From positions 1,302,001 to 1,366,000 of the forward strand of contig NW_027270975.1 of the NCBI RefSeq assembly GCF_040938485.1: 64,000 bases of DNA, written 5' to 3'. A model generated the notes under the pieces. The model worked only from the letters and a program-made list of their open reading frames with translations. It made no database searches and was not told where the DNA came from. This document shows positions 11,701 to 23,700 of the stretch, in pieces (the first letter of the stretch is position 1; every line of letters begins with the position of its first letter). The position numbers and the translations under genes were made by a program. Source of the DNA: Diadema antillarum (taxonomy: Eukaryota).

Positions 11701-14700
11701 GGGGGGGATATTTTAGTATTCGTAATGAAAGGGAGTAGTACAATGTTGATTTTGCTGAGTGAATGTTGTCTGGATTTCATTAAAGGTGCGTGACTTGGGA
11801 TGGCCCAATGTCCTCGCCCCACCCCTGGAGAGGCTGTGCAGTATCTGCAAACAGATTGAGACTTGGATGAAGACTAACCCCAACAATGTGGTGGTCCTTC
11901 ATTGTAAGGTAGGTTCAGCTTTAAAGATGTACCCACAGATGTCTTGAAGGGAGAGAATTGAAGTGAAACAAAGAAAAAAAAACATACAAAAGAGGAAGTT
12001 TCAGAAACGCCACAAAAATTTTCACTTTAACAATACATGAGAAGTCAACTGTAAGTCAACTTACAAATGCCTTCGAAACTGGAAAATGTTTTTGATTTTT
12101 TTTTCCTGGAAACTGATAAAGAGCAGGCAAGAGAAGGCAGGAGCAGAGAGTGAGAGATGCAGAGAGAGAGATAGGACAAGAAACAGTTTATAGTTGATAG
12201 ATGAATGGAAACATAAACATTGCCTGAGATTGAAAGATATGTATACAAACAGTCACTGCAGGCCAGCCCGATTGAAAAAGATATATCGGTGGGTAGATAT
12301 GCCAAAATATACAGAGTGTGCTATGTTGATGTCAAGAAACTAATGTACAATTTTGCACTCGTTGATATATTGTAGCATAGAGAGGTATGCTGCAATGTCA
12401 AACAAACTCAGTATGCCTATTAAGCTGTCATTTTCAAACAAACAGAGACATTGAGGTACATGTTAATACATTCACAGAATGATACATAAAATATGTATGT
12501 TTACCAATGTTTACTCAAGATTATCTGTCATTTTCTTTTGTACTTTGGAAGAAAGAATTAAGAAATGAATTGAATGCACTTGTGTGTATGTAAATATATG
12601 TGTTATATTTTGAAATGTAGGTAGATAGTAAAATACATGTAATGATGAAAAGACATGTATATATAGGTAACTTCATACACAAGTGCTTGCAAGAACCATT
12701 TAAAAATTGATAGAGTCTGTGTTGTGTGTTATGTGCAGAGCATCATTTGTGTAATATACCACAAATCTCTATCCTTTTTCCAGGGTGGTCGAGGTCCGAT
12801 TGGAGTTGTGGTGTCTGCATTCATGAACTACATGCACATCACTTCAAAGTAAGTAGATGATTGCCCTTAACCTAATCTACTTGACTTATTGTTTTTTAAC
12901 GTTTTTTCCCCTTCAAAATGCCTTCATATCTTTTGCTAGCAAAGCCATCTTCAAATTAAATGAATTGTTGATATTCGTTCTCTGTTTTGTGTCAGCACAT
13001 CTGCCATATACCCGTAATTCATTTACTTAACTTGACTCATCTATTACCAGCTACAAGTTTATGCAAATTAATGTGCTGTAAAATGCTAAATAATATGAGG
13101 TTAAATAACGAATATCATTTTAGAAATCTATATTAAGGGCAACATGAAACTGCCTTCAATGAATGTAAAATCAATTATAGTGAAGAAGCAAAGTTTGACA
13201 TTCATCTCCCTCTTTCATCAATTCTAGTACTGAATCCTCCATGGACCGGTTTGCCATGAAGCGCTTCTTGGATGCCAAGGCAGCAAACTCAATGCACCCC
13301 TCCCAGAGGCGCTACATTGATTATTTTACTGGCCTGCTCACAAACTCCATCCAGATCAACAGCGCCCCCTTGTTCCTGCACCACATTGTGATTCACGGCG
13401 TGCCTAACTATGACTCAAATGGAGGTAGAGAATATAAAACTTGTGAATGGCAACATAAGTTCAAATAGAGAAGGTTACATCATTCCTATATTTTGTAAGA
13501 GATTTACACTCCTATCTATGTTTTCTTTTTTTTCTTCTGAAGTTTGCATAAAAACCTATTGACTGCATTTACACCTATCGATAAAAAATTTTGTCTGTGT
13601 GTGGTTTTAGGGCAAAATTTCAAGTTACAATTTTAAGCGAGATGCGATCAAACTTTCATTAGAAATGTAGCATGGTAGGGGAAGTAAACAGTAAGACTGT
13701 AGGGAAAAATCCAATGAAGGTCCAGGTCATATATAAGGGTAATCTTCTAAAAGTCGTGTCATTTACATAATGACTCAAGAAATAGCAATGTTTGATGTTC
13801 ATTCATGTTAGTTGGGTGCAGTGGAGTTGGGGAGTCCCAAGTAGAGTTTGGGATGTTAAAAGTCTCCTCAGTCTGAAATTTTACTGTTTAGCCAAGCCTT
13901 CTAAAAATAACATCATGATGTTTACTTTGTACGTACCTCCAGTTTTGTTCAAAGACAGTTTGATATACAGATGTGCATCAGTTGGCATTGTTTTATCAAA
14001 TGTTTTTTTGATTCTTTATTTTACACAAATGTTCACTCTAATCCTCATATGATTCATACCATGTAAGTAGTAAACCAGCTTCCTTCACAGTAAAGCCTCA
14101 GAGTACATTGTAAGAGAGTAAGAGAAGCATCTCATAAGATTGTATTTGATGAATATCCATATTAATTAATTTTTGATTAATTCTATTTACTTTGTCTTCC
14201 TCTTTATGGGTTCATTAATAAGTGAAAAATTTTCATCTTTTTGTCATCAAACTATCCAGGCTGCAGACCATTTGTGAGAATCTACCAGGGCATGCATCCT
14301 GTGTACACATCGGGAGTCTAGTGAGTATTTTTGACAAAATCCAGATCTAGTTTCTGCTCTTCCTACAGATGTTGATGGAAAGTGAATCAATAGTGCCTGT
14401 AGTATTCATCGGATCTTTGCGTTCTAACCTAAATCCATTCTTTGATACTGAATTCCATAACTTTCTGGGAAAGGAGTTTCTGTTTCCTGACGTGAGATCA
14501 TCAAGGATGTTTTCCCCATTGGAACAACTGCAAGGTCATATGATCCATATGAGATTAGATTATTAGATATCACAATTCAGAGTTTCAGTGTTGTTTGCTA
14601 TCATCCTCTTTCTTTATCTGTTATCAGTATTTTTGAGATTATGGAATCACACCCACAGACATCCTTAAAGATCTTTCATCTGCCATTCATTCCCTTTTTA

Positions 14701-17700
14701 GAGAAAATCTTTCAAGCATCTGTAAGATTTTTCATCTTTATATTGTCCCATATTTCCTGTTTTGAAGGAAGTTTGATGGGCGTGTTCAGCAATGATTCTC
14801 TTCTTACTTTTGAGGATGTTTGCACAGAGATGTTGAAATATTGCTTTTTTTTGTCTGTTTCTTTAGTACTGTACCCGAAGGAACTAGTCGATTTGCCATC
14901 ACACCGGAAAGGGCCCTATCTCTGAGGGGAGATATCCTTGTAAGTACGACAATAACATGTGTTTGAGCCCTCACAGAAATAACATTATTGAGATTTCTTG
15001 AACATCAAGAACATGAACATGTGGGACCTAATGATCCATCACTAACTAGGGATAGCCTAATACTATTGACCTATCATAATTGAGTAGAAATAAAGGGTTT
15101 ATATTGGATGTAGATTGCTTTTGAATAACTATTGCAGCATTTAATGTGTATCAAACGTAATTCACAGAGCACACACACACAAAATAAATATCTGTAAATT
15201 GTAATGTGGTACATACTGCTATGTCTTATGTTTTACAAGTCCAACTCTTACAAAATTAACAGCTTGCAATAATATTTACCTCCTATAACTCAAGTCCATA
15301 GTATCTCATCTCCAAGGTGGGAAATTGCAAATTTTTCTTTAAAAGTTATGATATGTCTTTCTCCTTTCTCATTCAGGGCACCATTTTATGAAAGCTGTCA
15401 GCCCAAACAAGTTGTTAGTCTCTGACAGTTACCATAGTAACAGCTAGTGACCAGAGCTTCTCAGCCAATCAAAACCAAGGATTTTACTAATATTGTCAGA
15501 GACTGACAACTTTCTTGAAACAGTTCCCTGAATTCAACCACTTGTGAAATTGCCTTACAAGTCCCAATTTGTGAAGTATGTGGTGTATGCAGTGAGATAG
15601 CATGATATTCAAAGCCATCAAAAGCTTTTCCAGTTGAAAATGATTGTTGATCTAACCCATTATTTTACCATGGGTGATTTTTGCAAGTGAAAAGTTATCT
15701 AGAGACATAGAAGTGAAGCCTTGAAATTGTCACTGCAGGAGAAGTAACTGAACATCCAAATCTGAAAACTGATGAGGTATCTATTTGTGGTATGGTGCAG
15801 GTGAAGTGCTATCATAAGAAGTTCCGTTCAACGACACGAGACACTGTGTTCAGGTGCCAGTTTCACACAACAGCCGTCATGGAGTATAGACTGGTCTTCC
15901 AGAAGCAGGAGCTGGATGATGCATGCACAGGTGAGAAGACAATCACAAATCTCTGTCAGTGGGACTATATTGATGTTATACCACTCCTACCATTCTTTCT
16001 GATTTATTTCACAATATATATATTCTCTCTTAACCTTTGACTTTTATCTTTCATATTTTATCTCTTATATTTCTGGATATTTGTCAATCTATCCATTTGT
16101 TGTTGTTTTTTTGTCTCCCTCAATTTCCTTTTTCAGTCTATTTGCTTAGATGATGGTCAGTCACTTCTCTGTCACACATTTCATGGTAATTTTTAAAAAA
16201 AATTATATCAATATATACATTGTATTTAGGTATATGAAGCTTTTGTTGAATATCTAAATTAGCAGAACATTCTGCATATTATTTTTGATACAGCTTGTGC
16301 AAGTAAAAAAAAACACTTTCTTTATGTTGGATTACATATTTTCCTCATCAGATGCCCGTTTCCCAGACTTCACTAAAGTGGAGCTCATCTTCTCTTCTTC
16401 CCACGATGCCTTGCATGGAAGTGACTACGTCCCTGGGGCATCCTTCCCATCAGAGCTCATTGATGATCCCCTCATCCGATGGGACTCCTATGAGCACTTC
16501 AATGACATCATCGAGGGACCAGAAGGTATCTGTGATGTGCATACAGCTATCAATAGGGAGCTTTAGATTTTTAGTGGCACTATGAAGAATGATGATTTTT
16601 GTGGGTTTTTATTCCTCAATATAATGACCAGATAATGTATGCCTACATGTCTGACAGTCTCTTGAAATACTGATGGAAGAAAGCAGTTTTCCCTTTGTTT
16701 TGAATCCAAGACATTTGATTTGCCATTTAGCGTTCTTTATTAATGCAGATATTTCCTGGTGCAATTAGTATAACACATTAATATTCTTTTCTCTCTTCCT
16801 CTGCGGGTATCTCCCTACCAGATGGTGGTGGTGATCTCAATGAGACATCTGGCAACAACAACAACAACATGATCCTGGACATCCCTCACAGCCCCGCCCC
16901 AGATGGAAGCCTTTATGCCCAGGTCAAGAAAACTCCATCCCCGGAGCAGTCGCCCATCATCCCCCACCCCAAGCTGACTAATGGTGAGAGTAGCAGCCCA
17001 GTCCCTTATGTACTGTCCCCAGATCAGGCCCCCACAGTGAATGGACCACGGGAGGCACCAAAGAAGCATATGGACTATCGGGAGAGGATGGCCCTTGATG
17101 AGCTCTTGAAGGGGATTACTGGGGAAGGGACGGATGGTGGCATGGTGGTGAACAACAACACCCACTGGCAGGCACCACCATCACCAGAGAACCAGGTATC
17201 ACTTTGATCTTACAATACATTGGGCAAAGATGTGGGTAGAGGGCATGTCAATCAAAACAGCCACACCCAGCATATCCATGATTTCTCTAGGGTTTAATCC
17301 TCCATCCTGGTTAAGTTGGCACCATTCTTATATGATCATGAGTTGGCATGGATTTCTCATGGTCAGTCAATGTACTCACATTTGATTTCTCATTGGGGCT
17401 AGCAAGTTAGAAAAAGCTCCTATGGCTTATTTTCAAATCTTCCCTCTATAGCATAGAAATTTGGTCATGAGAAAAGCAAAGAGAAGTACTGCGAAGACAA
17501 TAACCAGTTCAAAAAGAATCACCTAGCATTAGTTCCTGCACTCTAGAATGTAATGATGGAAATCATAACAGCAATTATAAAAGCCAAACCAAAACAGAAC
17601 AATACCAATCAACAAGAGTTTGCTTGCCTTGATGTATTGATGTAGCATAGCCAATGCTGCCTAAATTCAAGCAAAGTTTTTCTTGGGTTTTACGCAAATT

Positions 17701-20700
17701 ATAGAAAAATATCTTCAAGCTTCTTCCACCTTCTTGCTGTCTGCTGAAAATTTCTCTCAAAGGAAAACAGTAGATTTATTCACAAGGGACACTTGTAAGT
17801 GTCAAAGTTTCAGTAGTTGTAAAAAAAGTGTGCATTGAATGAGTACACACTATGCCTAATCAGATATATTGTTACAACATACTTTTAGTTTCAGAATTTG
17901 TATGATATATGTATGTACAGGTACATGTGTATTTCTATGGACTTAAAGAAAAGTCAGGTAGCAAAGATACAAATGTAAAGTTTCTGCATCCTTCCAACTG
18001 TTCATGTCTGTGGATTCCCTCCCACCAGGTTCTTCATCATGATCCTGTCCACACTCGGCGTATCGTCAGTGTGAGTGAAGACCTGCGACATGCTCCAATC
18101 GCTGTGTCCAAACCCAAGCCACCTCCTGTCAAAGAAGAGGTTAGTGAAGAGAATACCAGTGTAAACAACGCCTCACCAAAGAAATCACCGGCGGCTCGAA
18201 AGGCATCAGTAGATGCGGAAAATCCCTATGCGGAAATCACTGATGCAATGCAGCTACAGCAGCAGCAGCAGCAGCAACAGCAACAGCAACAGTTGCAGCA
18301 AAACCCTAACAGGAATCCCCTTGGACCCCAGCAGGAGAGCATTAGTCCTGTGATCCAGCAGAGGCAGGAACACACAGCACCCCCTATGGTGAATGGAGGT
18401 ATCAATGTGCCAAGGACTGTGGAGCAGCACAACCCTACATACGAAGTCACACCAAAGGGTGCCCACCAACGGACGCTGACAAATGGAGGAATAGACCAGA
18501 ATGGACCAGTGAACTTGAATCCAGCTCAGAACCAGGCAAACCTGAATTATAGTAGAAGTCCACAGGTGAACTACAATCCAGGCCAGATTAGCCATGGACC
18601 AGTGCCGGTGAACGCTGGGCCAGCCACACCGCACGTGGCACAGATGAATGGCCCTGTGGAGACCCCTATCGTACCCAACTCAGTAGCAAGTAGGGTGACA
18701 GAAAGGACTCCAACCCTCAACCCCTTAGTGAATGGCCCTACGTCACCACCAACATTTAGCAACAATCAGTACCAGCCCCAACCACTCAGAGCCAAGGAGG
18801 AGCGATTCCAGCTCGTAAGGAAGGACCCCAACACCTTTCAGCAGCAGGTGCAGCAAGTTCCAGCTCAGCCCCAGCCCCAGCCCCAGCCCCAGCCTCAACC
18901 CCAACCCCAGTTCCAGCCCCAGCTCCAACCCCAGCCCCAGCCCCTGCTCCAGCACCAGCCTCAGCCCCAGCCCCAGAGCCAGTACCAACTCAAAGCATCC
19001 CCTGTGGAGTTTGTCCAGACCAGCCCCATTGGTTCCAGTCCTGGAGAGGATGATGGGGGATTACACTGGCTCCGGAAGCAGCAGGAGAAGCTTCGGGAGA
19101 AACGAGAGAGGGAGCAAGGGAGAGCCATTGTCAGGGAGTCGCCTCCCATCAAGGGACCCAGTGGCAGTGGTCCGATGCAGGAGCGGGTAGAGCCTGTATC
19201 CGTCACCCCAGTCAGCGCTTCACCCAAGCTGCGAGTCCGCTTTGAGGGGGACTCAAACTCTCCCACATCACCACCTGTAGCCTCGCCTCCAGCAGCAAAC
19301 ATTAATCAAGACCCTTCAGCATCCTGGCTGGAAAAGCAGCAGCAGAAACTGCGTGAGCGCCATGCAAATAATCAACCAGTGCCCATTAATCAGGCACCAT
19401 ACGTTTCTACATCAACCACTCCCCTCAACAATGCAATGGCCCCATCCCATGACCCTCTGTCACTGACTCCACCCCAAAGCGGGGGCGTCTCAGCCCGACG
19501 AGGCATCTCACCTTCCCCTCTCTCCATCTCAAATGACCTGGAGCGTTCTCTCGATGAACTCGGCAGTCTCAACACTGGCCAGCCCTCTGGGGCATATGTC
19601 CAGCGCACCACCCCAACCACTAACCAGATGGAATGGGAGCCGCATGAGCGTCCACTGAACAGGCAGCTGTCTGACCTAACACATGACAGGTTTCGAGACC
19701 CTGTCTACCAACGTCCCATTGCTGACCAGACTCCCAAGAACCAAGGTATTCACCATACACCTGCTACACCATATGATCCAGTGCCACCAATTCTAGCATC
19801 CTCTCAGCTCTACAGCGGGTAAGTATTACATATTCATGTTCAGGGCTTTACAAAAATGTAAATAACTGCTAATGGAACAAAAAGTGCTTTCGTAGGGTGT
19901 TTTCCCCCTATTTAGGATACATGTGTTTTGTTGTTGTTTTATAGTTTTTAGCACCAGGAAATTTCAAAGTAGGCCATATTGTGTGAAACTATAGTGTCAT
20001 TTTCACATTTCAGGAAATTTCAGAGTAGGCCGTATTGTGTGAAACTATAGTGTCATTTTCACATTTCTGTTGTTATCGAAGTCAGTTTGTTTTTATATCA
20101 CATATTTGAATGTTTTTTGAAAGGTAACATTTTGAAAATCCTTGGAACTTTTGAAGATATCAAGATGGGTTGTACTATCTGTAAGTTTTCAGTTATCGTC
20201 TTGATTACAATGAAATGGTACTGTTCTTAAGTGAGAGTCATAGGAATGATTCCAGTGAATTCAGATTGGTAAGATTTTAATCATTTAGTATTTGGAAATG
20301 CATATATGAGCTGGTTAAGTAGTGAAATGAAGTGATATTAGTGTATTGGTATGAAATTTAAGTATTGTTTAGGACTGTAGTACCCTGACCAATTTTTCAG
20401 AATGACAAAATGGCACAAGTTGTTTCTTCATCAGTCATAATGGGAGAAGATCAGAATAGATGCAATGGTACTAATAAAGCATTGTAATTATTGCAATAAG
20501 TAAAGCAAAAGAAGTGAGAAACAATTATCAAATAATGCTGAATGTAATCTTATCACAGCAGGCTGTGTCAAGACTTCTCATCCCTTATTTGTGGTTTCAA
20601 AAATCATGTTTAAAAGAAAATATTGGATATTGACCACAGTTGGCCCTGTGACCAGTTTTACAGTCTGGCATGCTGGGTAGCATTACAGTGAAATCACTAC

Positions 20701-23700
20701 AGCGACCATCCTTTATATACATTGTAGCTACAATAAAAACCCTGAAATATTACAAATCGGGTAATTTTTTATGACTTAGTGATAATTAAGTAGTCCTAGA
20801 TTTTTTTTTGTCACATGGTGCACAAATTTGTAGCATTCTATTGCACACACTGCCCTGCTTGTGCAGAATAAACACATACTAAAAAAAAAAGTTGGGATAA
20901 CTCTATATTCTAATAAAAGTTAACTTGGAAAGGGCTTGCTGGATACCGGTAATTGATTACTTTGAGTGGTGTCACATTTCTGGACTGAGTTGGTTTGGTC
21001 ATTTCATATATATATCACATTTTATATCAGTCCTAACACATATTTATGCACATTTGTTAGCAGTGTCTGTGCTTTCTCCACATGGGATTTCCTTGTACAG
21101 TTTAATTGACCTCATTGTGAATGATAACAACCGTAACACATGGCATGAAATTGAAAAACTTTCCATGATCATGTTGGAGTAACTCTTGCATGCATGTGAC
21201 TTTGTGCTGCTACTAGTTAGTCAATCCATACTATATCTTCCAATATGATTAGAATAATTCATAAAGAAAGCAATAAGAGCATAACTGGCAAGTTCACTGA
21301 CATAATTTGGGAAGTCTGCTCACAGTCAAAAGCAATGCTTACCAGGAAATGGAATAGAAAGGCAAAAGAATTTGCTTTGTGCTTTCCATCTAAGCTGAAG
21401 CCACAGTATGAAAGATATGAATGTAAAAATTGTCAAACAAACAAGATCTTTGGCCAGTCTGTGTTCTCAAATTTTACAGTATCATAAACAATCATGAAAA
21501 ATCATGAAGAATATTCAGAGGAAATATTATGTTTGCACTGTTGTATGCCTTCATGGGAATTTTGGTGTTCAAATTAACCCAAAGGCCTAAATTCACAAAG
21601 GTAGTATCAAGAAATTCTGTGGATTAAATTTAGTGCATAAGAACTAAAAGAAGTGCAAAATAAGCATACATTTCACATGTGCATATCAGCTCAAGTTAAT
21701 TATTGGATGTCTGCTGTTGTACTTGATGTGACATGCACATTTATGCACTCAAAATTTGCAGAATTCTTGGACTTTTACCATGACATTCAAACTACCCTTG
21801 TGAATTCCAGCCATATAGTTGCAGTGTTATGTATGAAACTGACTTCTGTATGTATGTATGTATTCACACACCCACATCATGAATATATTTATCTTCTCTT
21901 CCGGTCATTTTGTATCATGATGATGTTGATAACATGGTATGCCACACTGATTAACCTTTCCATTTAATCTCATCCTTCTTCCATGGTCTCTTGACATCCT
22001 TGCTGTTTTTCTTGGTCTGTGTGTGTTCACCCGCCCTTCTCACCTGTGACTTTTCACTCACGCATCCTTCGCCAACCTGCAATATAATCCATCTGTCGTC
22101 ACTACTGACATGATGCACAAATAAAGACGCAGTGATCACCTTGAACAGCAGCAGTTGAGGCGTATCCAAGCACGCAGTGCGCTTGCATCACAGGTTGGCA
22201 TATCGTATGGAAGCAGCTTGATTCAAGCTGGGGCTAGCTCTCCTCATGGTATCAACATGCCCTCCAAGGTCAGCTCTGGTCCTGTCTCCTTGGATTCAGG
22301 CTACGAATCATCCTCGCATCAGACATTATCATCCAATCTCTCATCAGTTGCTCCAGCAGTGATGAGCAAAAACGTGACACGATTTGTTGGAAAGGATGGT
22401 TCTGAAACAACAATTACAAACAGTACAGAACGCAGGAAGAAGACAATACAGGTTTTCCCTGTCACCAACCAGGACGGGTCTCAATCGTATCCATCCATTC
22501 CTGTTACTCAGTGGAAGTCAGATATTGGTGCACAGCCAAATGCTAACTCAGTGTCTCAAGGAAAACCACCAATCAATATCCATGTCAACCCATATGAAGA
22601 AGTTCATGACTTTCATCTGAAGTCACAGGAAAGTAGGATTCCCAATGGAGGACAATACACTGCAGGAAACTTTCCAAAGCAAGGGTCAAGTTCCTCAGCA
22701 GTCTCAGCTGCAGGCCTTCGGTCACCATCGTCAGCCTTTGTGCCTATCACTATCTCCACCTCCACTGCCAGGGATCATGTCTATGACACCTCTATCCTTT
22801 CCTCCTCCTCTTCCTCTTCCACATCATCTCTTCCAGCTCTTTACCATAGTAACCCTCTTCCTCCCCCTCCTCCAACTGGTACTCTTCCCCATCACCAAAC
22901 TAACAGTGGTTATGGGCACCACAACCACCATCACCACCACCAAATTCACCAGTCCAGCCACACCCAGTCTTCCAATAATTGCCAGGATAAGCCGCCACAG
23001 CCTTCCCTCACACAAACCCCTGTCATGCCCTCCAAAGGCCCCAGGGTGGGTGAATATGAGTTTCTACCTCAGGGATCAGTTTCCAAGTCAAATGAGGGAC
23101 CACACTCTGTGGCATCCTCTCCTGCTCACACACTCCTCAAGTCAGCATTCCGGCAGGCTGACCTTCTACTCACTCCATCCAGTGTGCCAGGTCTTTCAAA
23201 CCCTCTCATTCCAAACCAGAGACCAAAAGTTAGCTTCCAACTGGAGGAAGACCACAAGGGGCTCCCACAAAATGGGGTTCCTCCTCAAAAGTTAAATTTT
23301 GAAAAAGAGACTGAACAGCCCCCAAGAGCATCTTCAGTCCCTCCCTCTCTCCCTTCTTATGATTGGGTCATGACCAGGATAAGGGAGCTTCGTAAGGGCA
23401 CTAACATAGACAAGCAAAACACAGGTGAAGAGTTGTTGGGTCAGTCCACTCACAACAGGGGAGAGGTTAGGTCTGAGGGTAACCAGAAAACATCAAGCAA
23501 GGTGCATTTTAGCTTGAGGAATGAGGTAATAGCAGGGAGCAGGGTTGGGCAAGGAAATCGTACAAATGATAGTAAGTCAGAGGTCGTGCAGCCCATTCCA
23601 CAGCGCCCCCACATGTCGCAGTTTGAGAAATTGACAACACTCCCTCCAAAGGGAAATGGACGGTGTAGGACCCCACAGGACACAGGCACCCTGTCCAGAA

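Noticed and set aside
19955-20066. Repeat pair as a CRISPR-like array
   Set aside because: Directly adjacent duplication with no spacers, in a eukaryotic intron.
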